Below, piece after piece: positions 13,261-27,545 of a stretch of DNA of 64,000 nucleotides. The notes below the pieces were generated by a model. The model was given only the letters and a program-made list of their open reading frames with translations, did not search any database and was not told the origin of the DNA. This DNA is from Paramecium tetraurelia (lineage: Eukaryota), in the NCBI GenBank assembly GCA_000165425.1, contig CT868676.1, positions 66,981-130,980 of the forward strand, written 5' to 3'. The translations under genes were made by a program, and so were the position numbers. Numbering within the stretch: the stretch's first letter is position 1; each line of letters starts with the position of its first letter.

Positions 13261-13629
13261 TGAAAACTTATTCTTAATTAAAATTAATTTCTTTAATATT
13301 ATGATAATAATTTACATCTAATTAGTTGTATGTTATTTGTCATTTATGGTATTCGTTGTTTTGTTCCTTGGCTTATGATTGTAATTTCTTGAACATTTAG
13401 GAATATTGTTATTTTGACCTTTGAGTTTAAGTTAATTAGATGGGTTTATCTCTTTTTAATTGATTATATTTGTGAATACATTTTGAAAAACTTGGAGTAA
13501 ATAGCAATCTGAGACTAACATTTATTAACTGTAATTAAAGATATGGGGATTGGGTTATTTATGTGGTTAAATAAATATATATATATAATTTATTTCTTAG
13601 ATAATTGTTTAGTTAGAATAGTGAAAATT

Positions 13630-14626
<997 letters not shown>

Positions 14627-14741
14627 ATTTTTTGTCTTTATAATTTGTAAGTGAATAAATATCTTATTTTATAAATACTACAGTGTTCTATTTATGGCAT
14701 CTGATTGAAATAGTTAAATTATATTAATAACTATCATATTT

Positions 14742-16184
14742 ATGATTCAATCCTAAGGCTAAATTCGAACTTAATAAGCGGGCTTAGAAGTTAAGTACCA
14801 TCAATTTTAACTTAGTATTCCAATGAGGTGAATCGAATATGTTTGTTCAATTTTGTGTGCTAATTATACATGCTTATCTTTAGTTTAAAGCTCATCTGGT
14901 TATTCGATTCCAAATATATAATAATGTTTGCCTGGTTTATGGATTTGATCACTTTTATTGTTGTATTGCTCGACAAAAACATATCCAAGTCAGTCTCCTG
15001 TGTTCATTTTTTGGAGAAAGTGCTGAGTATTTCATTTAAAGTAAATTTCACAATTTTTTATGATCACAGTAGTTATTCATTTTGAAGTTATGGAGATTAA
15101 TTTATATTACATTCCCGCGATGTAAATGGTTGTGATAATCGGATTATTTCTCTATTAGGTCCTGCAATAGGATCAATCCAAAAGGAAACATTATATAGTA
15201 TAATATAACTCTATTAAGATTGCTCACTCCTATGGAATCCTCTATATCTTATAATTGTTATTACTCTCCTTGAAGTGGAACTCCTTTTTCTAATACTCCT
15301 ATTACCAAACCTTCATCATCGCTTGGACTGCCTTGGGAGTGAACACTTTTTTAATTGTCCTCCTGCTTATCACTTTAGTAGAGAATTGTTTCATCAAAGA
15401 CATACCTGAAATGGATGGTACAACATTATTAAATCAAGGATCAATCATTCTATGGCTGATATATTATATCTTTGGACTCACAGTAATACCATTCTTCCTT
15501 CTGAAGGAGATCTGTTAATTTTATGAAAAAGATACAATCCAAATTAACATCAAAATAGCTGGAATAGCTATTTTGATATCCCTAATACTTTACATGATCT
15601 CCTTTCTATTCTTTACTAATAAAGTCAGGAAACAATTGATGTATTTCACATTTAATAATTAAAATAGAATTGTTTTACAATTGGAAGGTAGGTAGACTCA
15701 TGCAGAAATTAGATCTCCAAAATCTCCCAAATCTCCTGAACCAGAGTCACCAAAAGCTAAATGGTCTAAGCTCTAAATCCCAATTTTATTTATTAGGGTT
15801 TCGGCTTCTTTTTATAAATTAATAACACGAAAAACAGCAAATGAAATAAACAATAGAAATATTAGTTCAATTCCAATATGTAGTGATGTTTTAAGGCCTG
15901 ACTCTCTTAATTTTAGATAGTCTCCTTGTTTGACGATGATAAAATAAATCAAATCAATCCCAAGAGATTAAGACTCTTGTGATATTTGCTTAATTTGCTT
16001 TGAAAATGAGCCAGATATTGTTTTATATCCATGCAATCACGGCGGTATCTGCACAGGATGTTCTGAAAATCTTATGAAGACTACCAAGTAATGTTTCTTA
16101 TGCAGAACAGACATAAAGTACACTTTCAAAATAAACCAAAAAGTAGGAGAAATCTTAGAAGTCACAGATGTATAAAAAGTTTGA
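14742..16184 (+). CDS. Multi-pass membrane protein with C-terminal RING-HC finger (putative E3 ligase)
   Basis: Several hydrophobic helices, then CLICFENEPDIVLYPCNHGGICTGCSENLMKTTKQCFLCR. One junction at 15041-15062 is non-canonical (see findings). Confidence 0.8.
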
Positions 16185-16216
16185 TATATTATAATATTCT
16201 ATTATCAATCAGTTAT

Positions 16217-17769
16217 TCATAATTTCTAGATTTTCTTGTGTTTAAGTTGTCTCTCTCTTAATTGTTAAATTAATTCTTCTGTTTATCTAATCCTTTTCAA
16301 TTATTCATCCTCGTTTTGTTTTGCAGCTTCTTTTTTAATGCTGGGCAAGAGTGGCAATAATGGCTGTCTATCATCATTGGGGATTTTAGGACTATAACTA
16401 AAATGAAAGACTATTATTTTACGATTTTATTATCAAAGGTTTGAGTTCTCCTTCTAATTCATTTTTTTTGTTTGATTTCAGAGGTTCATGCTTCTAAGAT
16501 TTATTTGAAATTCTTTAATCCTTTTTTCTAGGATGGATGCCAACCCCATATATTTAATTGATTTGATTGTTCTTTTAGTTATCTAATTAATTGTCCTCGC
16601 CTCCTTTTTTATTATTTCTTGAAACAACCGAATTATCAAGACTCTCTTCATTCCTTTTATTAAGACGAGGCAAGAAATCAATATGCATTGAATGATTCTC
16701 CTCTAAATTTTCTTAATTCAACTTCTAAATAGCCAAAGTCTAGATGAACTACTATTTATCAATTTTAGTCATTCTAACTGGATTATAATTAGGTTTAGGC
16801 AATCTATCTGTTAAATAGTGCATATTCCTGGGAACTCTGATTGTTTACAATAGGAACTTGGCTCCTTCCTCCTCAACCAAGACTTTATCATCCAACCTAT
16901 TTACTATCGATTACAATTATAGTATCTTATCACAACTGGGCCTCAAATGTGGTTAGACTTAGAGCAAAGCCCTAATTACATTGCTTAAATCTTGGCTGTA
17001 AATGGTGGGTATTTTAGGATAAAAGCCCTTAACTACCTTTTTGTACAAACCACTCATATCTTCAGCTCGAAAGGGTGGCTTCAGTGTAGTCATTTCGTAG
17101 AGAACACATCCTAATGACCAAATGTCGGATTTGGAATCATAAGGCTGGTCTTTCCAAACTTCTGGTGAGGCGTAATAAGGCGTTCCGGTTTGTGTGTAGA
17201 GTAGTATTTTTCGAGCAACTTTGGAGACGTTCATATCTCCCAATTTAACAGTTCCATCCGTATTCATAAAGACGTTTGCTGATTTGAGATCTCTGTGGTA
17301 TATTTTCATATCGTGCAATGCTTTCAAACCTTTGACAATCTGTAATGTTGATATGGATCAAGAAATACTTGTATGAAGATGTTCCAAATATCATTTTCAG
17401 ACATAAGAACTCCCTTCTTCTGGCATTCTACTATTTTTTAATAGAGATCACCATCATCTGCGTATTCCATTACGATACTTTAAATAAATGCATCTAAATA
17501 GTTACCATAATGCTTAAGATTATTCTTCCAAAAATGCCTCCTTATATTGAATTACATTAGCATGTCTCACACTTGCCAATATTCTTACTTCGTTTAGTGC
17601 ATTTTGTTTCTCCTTGTCCGATAGAGATTGCAAATTGACCTTCTTGAGAGCGTATTCCTATTGATCTGCGATTCTTTTTATTTTAAATACTCGAGAATAG
17701 GCTCCCTCACCTAGTTTGTATATTAACTATACCTAATTCTTGCAATATCTGGAAGTCCTTCAATGACAT
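16217..17769 (-). CDS. NIMA-related (NEK/NRK) Ser/Thr kinase
   Basis: MSLKDFQILQELG|EGAYSRV, YALKKV, ALNEVRILAS, HRDLKSANVF, GDMNVSK, TQTGTPYYASPEVW. Confidence 0.95.
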
Positions 17770-17838
17770 ATAATAAATTATTATTAAAATAATCACATAG
17801 ATGTATGCCAATATATAATTTAATTTTATCTATCACTC

Positions 17839-18866
17839 TCACTAATCCAACACTACCTTCGTCTTCTATACTTAAATGATAAACCCATATATTACATGCA
17901 TAAAATACAGAATCTATGATCCCAGCTATTGTAAATACTCCTCCCAAAATAGCGCAAAGTTGGACGATGAAATGATTGAAGGTCTCATAGTATTTAGTAA
18001 ATTGAACAGTAACAGGAGAGATGTCATATCGAAAGTATATCGCAGGCATTGAATTAGTCTAAGCCTCATTCGTATTCGCCGTGAATTGGTTGACAAAATA
18101 TTCCCTATTGTCGATGTCAACATAGATTGTAGGCACAATTGAAATATAATATTGATGAGTCACTCCCACGTTCTTAAGTTCCTAAGTCTTTATTCTGCTT
18201 ATGCCATCTAGGGGATTGAGCAACCCTTATTAGAACTTCTCTCTGATTTTTTATATGTCATTTTAATTTCCAAAAGACAAGTGTTTAATTGTATGCGACA
18301 AATCGATTGTTGACATTTCCACAAATGGCAATACTATATTAACTTATCCTCCATATGAATGAGCAGATATATGGAAATTTCCAGGAACTCTACTAATTAT
18401 GATATATCCTGTCATTTCACAACCTTCCTTTTAATCATATGCTTTTTAGGCTCTCTCTAAATTCAATGTCTCATTGTTTGATAACTAAATTTATTACTAT
18501 TTAATTATACGTATGTATCAATAACCCTTCCATTCAGTATTCTCTTTTTCAATAACTCACCTTTAACATTTTATTAATGAGTGCCAATTACATCTTGTTG
18601 ATCAATACTTATGAAATCACATGGCATGTTGGGAAATGAGATATCCATATTCACTAAAAGTGTGTCGTCCTTGTTTTAATCGATATACATCTCAGTTTAC
18701 ACTTGTTGAGTCAGATATTCCTTTCCTTATGACTTTGAATTACCTAAAATTCTGTAATAAATAATATAAACATCAAAATCAATGATGTAAAGGAGATCAA
18801 TGCACCTGATTTTGATGGCTCAATTAAATCCTATGGCAACTTCCGATATAAATCAAATTTGAGCAT
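17839..18866 (-). CDS. ER-Golgi intermediate compartment protein (ERGIC1/Erv41-Erv46 family)
   Basis: MLKFDLYRKLPQDLIEPSKSGALIS, VNMDISFPNMPCDFISIDQQD, PAIYFRYDISPVTV...FIVQLCAILGGVFTIAGIID. Confidence 0.92.
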
Positions 18867-19179
18867 TTCTATTTATTTATTTAGTATAAATATATATTGA
18901 CTTGCAATTCCTATCTGGATTTAATTATAAGCACTTAATCACACATCTATAATTTGGTTATTTAATGAATTGACAAGTGTCTATCTTTGAAGAATGTCTG
19001 ATTAAACTAGATAATTTCTATAAGAACAACAATTCCTATGGATTTGTTTACACCATTTACTGGGCAATTAGAATGTAATTAATTCAAACAGATTGGAGAT
19101 ACGTGAAGTCAAATTAAATATGGAGAAGTTCAATTAATATGATTGTATAGTTTCAGTTTATATATACATTTACAAAATT

Positions 19180-20136
19180 ATGAATAACAAATAATTCAAA
19201 AAGAAAAGACTACACGAAGTTGACTACGCTCAAAAAGTATTGAGTTCGATTAAACCTGATATTCAAAATATCAAACTGAATCAAAATTTGTTTCATGCTT
19301 AACAACTGGCTAGACATTCATCAACACTTATTAAGAATATTCAAAAAGATGTTAAATAAACTCTCAGAAAATATGATTCTTAATTAAAGCTTTGCTAATC
19401 AAACAGGAATTATACGATGAGTGATTCAGCTAGAAAATATTCAAGTGAAATACCTAAACAAACATAGTTGTCAACAGAAAAGGAATTAGAATCGTTAAAA
19501 CAATAATAAAAAATATTGATGACCCTTTTGAATAATCTTCAATAATAAGAGAAGCTTATAGTTATTTAGCATCAGAATTCTGAAGAATAATAACAAAAAT
19601 AATGTATTGAAAAATAATGGTACGAATAAAAAGAAAAGTAATTATATGAAATAAAACAAAAATAATCTTAAATAGGCTAAGCATAAAAAAAGAAAATGGG
19701 TGAAACTGATGTTATTTAATTGGATATTAGCAGACTAAAACGGTCACCTCATAATAAGTCTAATTCTTCATAGAATTTCTTCAGTCCAATCAATAAAGAC
19801 AAAATTAATTAAGACACACCTATCCTAAGGTTGAATAAAAGCCATTAAAAATATAATCAAAAAAAATTGGATTCCCCAAAGAAGTGGGAATAATATGGAA
19901 TGATTAATAAAAAAAATAATTCAAAAAATTAATAAAGAAATGAAAAAAATTAACTTACAAATGAAAATTATATATAGAAAAATAATAAATAGAAACAAGA
20001 ATTATAAATCCGAACTGGTAACTCTAATGCAAGAGATAGTTATTAAAGCAAGTAGTTATCAGATGATTTAACATATCTGATCAATGATTTGAATGAATTT
20101 AACAATAAATCTAAAAGGTTTTCTATAAAAGAATGA
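19180..20136 (+). CDS. Hypothetical Q/K/N-rich coiled-coil protein (318 aa)
   Basis: Single open frame from ATG 19180 to TGA 20134-20136 in the ciliate code. Confidence 0.65.
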
Positions 20137-20335
20137 ACACATTTTTTTCAACTATAATGAGATTGACATTCCTTTATGTATTATAAAGACAATTGTTATT
20201 ATTTAATATTATGACAATTTTAAAAAATAATCACATATTAAATAAGAGTATAAAAATTTTAATTAAAATTTTAGTATAAATACATAAGTTAATTAAACAA
20301 GATTTGAACAATTTTTATTAATCTCTAAAATATTA

Positions 20336-21567
20336 ATGGTTTTCTGGAATGGAACAGATATCGGGTTGGCAGTCATAGGTGGTGCTCTTATAGGCATCGC
20401 TACATCGCTCCACTACTTAGTTAAAGGCAGAGTGACTGGATTCAGTGGAATTTTATACAGCATTGCCACATATGATCTTCCATCATTTTTTTGGAAGGTT
20501 TCCTTGATGATGGGAGTGGTAATCGCCTCAAGTATTATTTACTTAGCATTTGGGTACGAATAAATTATATTTTTTAGAACAGAAAAAGCAATTATTGATG
20601 GAGGCACTCCTGCCTATGATGACTTATCAGTTCTAACTTAAATTGGATGGGGAGGAGCAGTTGTAGCTGGGTTTTGTGTGGGATTCGGTACTAAAATGGG
20701 CAATGGATGCACAAGTGGGCACGGAGTATGTGGATTACCAAGATTGGCTCCGAGATCAATTGTTGCAGTCTGTTGTTTTATGGGAATGGGATTATTGACA
20801 GCCTCAATTAAAGAAAACTTTAGTAATCATATTAAGCTAATTTTAAGTTCCGTTGGAATATCCAGAACCAATAGATTATGATCATGAAACTAGTGCCATA
20901 ACAACTTTGGTTTTAGGTTTTGTAGTCATCCTCATTATGGCTGGATTCTAATTCGTCAAGAAACGGGAATTAATGGTTGACTTAGCCATAGCAACTGTAG
21001 TCGGATTTATTTTTGGATTAGGCTTGGCAATATCTGGTATGGTGAAAAGAAGCAAGATTATTGGATTCCTCGCAATAAACGAAAGATGGGATCGTAATAT
21101 TATAGTGTATATTGTTAGCTACCCTAATCTTTGTGATGGTCACTCCAGTAGTCATTAATTTCTTTGCTTTTAGAGCCAAAGAGAAACCTTATTTGAATAC
21201 AAAATATGAAATTCCAACCAATAATGTTATAGATTGGAAACTAGTATGTGGAGCTACGATATTTGGATTTGGATGGGGAGTAGGAGGATTCTGTCCTGGT
21301 CCTGCATTTGCACTTTTCCCATAATTCACAATTCACATCAATGTTTTATTTATGTTAACTCTTATTATGGGACAATTATCAGCTAATTTCTTTGTGAAAT
21401 GGGTGGATGATAGAAAAAAATATGATCAAATCAAGCCTCAACCTGAATAATAATCAAAAGAACAATAACAAAAGGATCAAATACCAGACATATCTAAATA
21501 ATAACTTGCAGAAACTCCAAGTGATAGAAAGAACGATGCTCCAGACAATACTGTAAAAGTTAATTGA
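20336..21567 (+). CDS. YeeE/YedE family sulfur-compound (thiosulfate-type) transporter, two halves fused
   Basis: GGALIG...[43 protein letters not shown]...GFL...[19 protein letters not shown]; three introns. Confidence 0.92.
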
Positions 21568-21848
21568 TTTAGAACTTTATATTATTAATTATTGTTAAGA
21601 AAACTGATCTAACTTTTATCTAATTAGATTATTATTTGTTTAATTTAATAAAGTTAATCTAAAAATTAATCGAAATATCGCTAAATTGGATTATGAATCA
21701 AACTATCTAATATTATTTTAGTATTATTCCAATAAATGAAATGCATTCTCATTATTAACTAATGATATCATTACAAGGGTTTGATCAATAAATTCTAAGG
21801 TTTTTCATAAAATGCACATAACTCATTATTATATAAAATTATAATATT

Positions 21849-22622
21849 TCAGATTTCATCAAAATCAAGCACTGGATAATCACCAACAGTTAATTCATTT
21901 GGTCTTACAAATATTCCAAATTTTTGAGGACATTAGAAATATTGAAAGCCCTAAATGTTTCCATTATTTGTTCCTGTCGGTTCATCTAACTCGATTCCAA
22001 CGAAATAGCCTAATCCCATCTAAGGAACTTATCCAACTTAAAAATTTAATTATTATTTTACCATAACGAACTGTTCCTCTTCTCTCCCCTTAGTTAAGTT
22101 AACAACGAGAGCCTATGGCTATTTACAATGCTTCTGCCTCTTAATAATTATCATCTATTTCAGGTTTATTTTATCCTAAATTTCCTCCAGCAGCTTATTA
22201 TTACAAAAATTATTATTTGAATTTTCTCATATTTACAGGTAGTTTATCATAATCCTCATCACTTATTGTATACTTTTAAACTTTATTCACATCTTCTAAA
22301 CCATTTAAAACACTATTTGGATTATTGTCAATTATATGAACTTCATATCCATCCTTAGCTCCATAAGTTCCCAAAAATTTTACATCATCATTCATATATG
22401 AGATGAAGTTGCCCTAAAATATTTTAAGTAAAGTACTTATTTATCCTTTAATTGCAATTGCATAAATTTAGGATCACTGCCATACCTTTTTTCAATTGAT
22501 TCTTTAATGCTGCCAATAGTTTGCATAAGGTCAAATCTTATATCTATCATTTTGCAAGTAGATATATTATGAGTCAGAGTTAATTTTACTGTTGAATCAT
22601 AAGCTAGTGGCTCAGCAAACAT
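21849..22622 (-). CDS. TBCB: Tubulin folding cofactor B (ubiquitin-like + CAP-Gly)
   Basis: N-terminal Ubl-like domain, KYTISDEDYDK linker, CAP-Gly GIELDEPTGTNNGNIQGFQYFQCPQKFGIFVRP, ending GDYPVLDFDEI. Confidence 0.93.
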
Positions 22623-23284
22623 GAAATAATAAAATAATTATCATCCTCTAAATTAACTTAGAAATAAGACATGAAAATTATAAAAGAAATTTTATTTATC
22701 TAATGAATTCTTATATTATATACTAATTTATAAATAAAATTTATATATTTTATATTTTTTGGATTAAACATAATTGGTGGATATATAACATTAGGTGATA
22801 GAAAATGAAACTATTTTCAAATATGAATCTCAAATTTGATTAAAAAATCTAGGAACTCTATTTAAAATAAATATTAATGGTTTCATTTATCATAGTACTT
22901 AATGTAAAAAAAAGCAATTTTATGCATTTTCTGTGATTATATTATTCACATTTTGCTAATGGTTTAATGATTCTTAGGAGAGATTCTAATAGATTCGATT
23001 AAAAAGTGCTTGTATAATCAAATTTCATCATTTTTTCCATAAGGAAAAAAAAAATAATAGGATAATTATACAAAGTTATAATTTAAAACGTTTTGCTGAT
23101 TCAATAATTTGAAGATAATTAGATTTGGTCATCTATGAACCAGATTCTTGAAATAAAGTTGAATTTACTTTTTCAATTAAAATGATTACTCTTTAAAATA
23201 ATCGCATATATATATAAAATTTGGATCAATAAATAATTATATTAATATATGAGTTTATTAAAATGTATTATTAATTAACATAAC

Positions 23285-25014
23285 TCAACCATCATTCGAA
23301 GCATAATAAAATCTCGATCTCTTAGTCTTCATCTTTGCTTAATTGTTAATATCAAAAGCACCCGATTGCGATCTTTAATGTTTTCTTTTTTAAATTTCAG
23401 GACTAACCTAATCTGAATCCAAATTCATGTTCTTAAAATTTTATTTAATGACATCAATAGAATTTACTGAACTAGTTGAGCCATTAATAGAGGATTGAGC
23501 AGAAACGCAAACAATTTTTTAGACTTTAGGTTCTTTATTTGAAGATGAATTACTATTTTCTTCCTCTTTAATTTAATCGGATATCATTTTTTCTGATCTC
23601 TAAGAGCTAAGAGTTCCAATTGAATTTGTAGGTGTATTTTGCTATGAAGAGTATACATTAAATTTAAATTATTATTGCTATTATTATTATTAGATAAATT
23701 ATTAAGGAAAGTATTAGCCTTGATAGAAGTTGGGAATCATAGTTTATTATTATTATTATTATTGTTGAATTAGTTATTATTGCAATAGCTATTACGAAAC
23801 TAAATTTTGATGCTGTGGTATTTATATACTGATATTGGGTTATTATGGAGGATATTATTAAGTTTGACAATGCATTTATTATTAGAGTGGATTAATTTGT
23901 GCAGGAATTTAGGGAATTGTTGAAAATTAAGTTACTTACTATACTTGTGATAATGGTTGCAATTATGGCATTTGAGGAACTTGCTAAAATTGTTAAAAAT
24001 AATATTATTAAGGATTCATAAGTAAGTTGTATGGATTGATTTATTAATAAGGCTATTCTTAACTGTAAGTATTATCTTACTGATTTTATTTTGTTTATTA
24101 TAATTTTTAAACTGGCTTCAATCTGTTAAGAATCGAATGAATTAGAAACTACGTTGTTTTATCCATCCCATTTTTAGAGGGATCTTAGCTTTATTCTGCA
24201 GTGACTCCTTAAGGTATTTATGTAATTTTTTTTTCTTTATTAATTAGACTTTTAAAGCGATTTTTAACCTAATTTTCTGTTCTGTTCTTTAGTTTCTTTG
24301 AAATATTAGACCATCTAAGTCCTTCCGCTAGAGCTATTTACAATAAATTAAAATCATCAAGTTCTGTCCAGATACCTCTAAGATTAAATACAAATCTTTA
24401 CCTATTTACTTATGGATTTAAATAATTATTCCATCTTTCCCTGTATTGCTTAGCCTTCCTAAAATAAAGCCCTGATGATTGAATAAACATTTCGTATTGA
24501 ACTTCAAACCATTTAATATTTGGTTCTTTCGTCATTATTTTATATAACAATTGATCCTCTTCTGATGTCCAATTCTTGCTTGCAGGCACTACGCGTAAGT
24601 GAGAAAACCATTTAAATTGACAGTTGAATTCATCTTTAATTGCTATGATCTCGGAAATTTCATGCCAATCCTCAGCTTTCTATTGTAAAATTATTATAAT
24701 ACAAAATCTTCACTATTTTTTTAATTAGCAACGCAATATTGTTAAATAATCCATATTAAGACTTTCCATTCTTCATCCGTCCAATTTCTTGAACTATGCA
24801 TTTTCAAAAATTCCCTATTTCATAACAAATTTGATTACTGTGATTCACAATATTCATAAAAATGAATTATTTCATTTAAGGTAATACTCGTTTACTGTAT
24901 TTTTATGTCAATTGTATTTTAGAGACTTTAAATATCCGCAGAAGAATTTTCTTCCCCAATACTCTAGATAAATTACTATAGTTTTGGTAAAAGTGATAGG
25001 TGTGTTTTATTCAT
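23285..25014 (-). CDS. Three-repeat Myb-like transcription factor with Q/N-rich C-terminus
   Basis: NWTDEEWKVLIW...DWHEISE...CQFKW; NWTSEEDQLL...AKQYRERWNNYLNP; GIWTELDD...RWSNISKKLKNRTENQVKNRF. Confidence 0.9.
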
Positions 25015-26017
25015 TAATATTAAATTAATTTATAAAAATAACTAATCAACAAGCACAATAATGTCTATAAACTGAGTTCAAGTATCAATTTATATTGACT
25101 CCAAAGAATTTAATTATCCAATTAGATCAAAATAATTATCTTATAATCTTATCATTTATTTCTCAATTTTTTTAATTGAAATAAATTAAATTATTACTTA
25201 TATTGATGTATTCTTTTGTATATTATTATATAGTTCTTCAATTCCCTTTGCAAGAAGACAACTTTTACATTTAATTTTCAATTTTAATGTATTGATATTT
25301 TTAATATAATTTTACAATAATCGATTTTTTAGAATCTTACTCAAAAGTTATTTAAATAGTTATAAACCCAAGCATCTCCTAAGATTGAACATATTTTTTT
25401 AAAATTAGATAGAAAAACATATATTACTATATCTTCTAGGCAATCCAAAATCCTTAAGCTGATAGAGGAAGGAAATAAAATTATTAACAACCCATATTTA
25501 ATTGAAGAGGGATATTGCTCAAATTATTGTGTTCTTTTATCGCGAAATCTAAAATAAGATTTAAATAAGCTTATTTAAATTTTAAGATAGGCAAATTAGT
25601 ATTTTGCCTTTCTTTAGAACAAAGATATTAAGAGCAAAAACAAGGTAAATCCTCAAGATATTTTTTTTTTGATCAGATTTTTACCGAAGAGCAAACATTA
25701 GTTTTATAGTTTGTGAATTTGATTTTTTTCAATCATTAATCAAAATTTACACATTTTTTGGATTAGATTAAATCGATATATTAATGTGTATATAAAATAA
25801 GGAAATCTTGAATTAATGCATAAGAAGTAATTGAGATATATATAAAAAGTATTATATTAAAATTAAATAAAATATATTGTTCATTATAATGAATATAATT
25901 CAAAAATCACAATATGGTCAAACTAAGCTTAGTAGATTTTTGAAAGTAAATTAATTAAGTCTGAATTGAAAAGCTATTTTTGAACTAATCCAATATAGTG
26001 AATTTAATATATAACAC

Positions 26018-27475
26018 ATGTAATATGATGAATTTCTAAATAGATTGAAGAAATAAGAAGGAGCATATAGGTTAATGTTGTCAGAGAACTTCTAACTTTT
26101 TAAGGGAGATCATATAATTATTCTTTTCTATTCAAACAATATAATTGCCTCTCAAACTTATTTTAATTTTTAATCATACATTTTTTTTGCACCCCCGGTC
26201 ATTTTTTTATCTGGATTTTTAAGGTAAATAAACAAAAAATAATAATTAAAATAATTTGTTTTCAAAAGAATCTCTCATACTCTAGAAATCGTTATTACAG
26301 CCATGACGACCTTTTGTGTATTACTAAATTATAATTTTTGAAATCTAGCAAATCGATGATGTTTTTTAAGTCCATTTAACTTCGGATTAAGCAAGAGTGA
26401 TTGCAAAGAGATTACCCCCTGGGTTTAGCATTAATTTAAGCAGATAATCGAAAAGAGATGTTAAAGTTTTCTAATCAAATTATAAAATTTTAGAAATTTT
26501 AATAGGATATTTCGTCAGATGAGGAGAATAAAGTTACAAAAAAGACATACGTCGCACCTTATAGAGCTGAAAATACTGATGAAATGAAAAGATGCTTAAC
26601 ATTACTTTAAAAATTAAAGAAACATTAATTAGCAGCACCATTTTTAAGGAAATTAGAGAACGTCAATTATCCTTAAGAATTGGAATACGTTGACTTATAA
26701 ATTGTTGAATAGAATCTCAAAAACAGTACTACACAATTCCAATTATTAATTAGATGAATATCTTACAGCCACGTAATTTTGGGGTGATATTAAGAAAATT
26801 TGGTAAATGTCCTACGCCATGAACAACAAAGGAACCTAACTTTATGCTATGACTCAAGAGTTAGAACAACATTTCAACGAGTTATACAAGGAAATAGACA
26901 AACCTTATCAACCAAAGTAAGTTGTTGAGCAACCACCAAAATAAGAGAAATAGAAAAAGCCTCCTGCCATCTAATAAACTAACAGCAATAATAATCACAA
27001 TAATTAAAATAACAAGAAACCAATGTAAAACATACAATAATAATATTAGAAAATAACCAAGTTTAATGGAATAGCCTATGAATATGCAAGAAAAAAGAGC
27101 TTTAGTATCAAATATTAATAGTTTGCCTCCAGAGCATCTTAGAGGGGTTTGGGAAATAGTATCAGATGGGCTCAAGATCTAAGAATAAAATGATGAATTA
27201 GAATTTGATATTGATACTTTGCCAGTAAAGAAGACAAGATAGTTGGAGAAATATGTGAACACAAAATTAGAATATTTGAAAAAACAATAAAGTAAAAAGG
27301 CAGCAGAAGACAATAAAAATTTAGAAAAAAGTGATAGAATTGTATAAATTGATAACTATTTTAGGTACATGCTGCTAATAATACGTATAATCATGCTCCA
27401 TAGCCAGTTTCACAATTAAAACAAACTGACACTGGAGACAGTTCGTTTAGCAGTGATGCTGAAGAATCTGTTTGA
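26018..27475 (+). CDS. Bromodomain + extra-terminal (ET) domain protein (BET/GTE-like)
   Basis: CLTLLQKLKKHQLAAPFL...VDLQIVEQNLKNNEYLTATQFWGDIKKIWQMSYAMN; ET domain PMNMQEKRALVSNINSLPPEHLRGVWEIV...ELEFDIDTLPVKKTRQLEKYV. Start is either ATG 26018 (with a long intron) or ATG 26303. Confidence 0.85.
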
Positions 27476-27545
27476 GTATTTTTTTTATTTTTGTTTTTTG
27501 ATATATTTCATTAAAATTAAATTAAAATTCTCTTTCGTTGAATTA

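Noticed and set aside
25330..25720. Open stretch with a kinesin-like FFDQIFTEEQ peptide
   Set aside because: One short motif in a different frame from the longer ORF, with no P-loop or other motor motifs; at most a relic.
26882..27175. Hydrophobic minus-strand ORF, and similar ones at 46251, 46687, 49036, 52024, 58647, 63202 and 63396
   Set aside because: Antisense shadows of K/Q/E-rich exons on the opposite strand.
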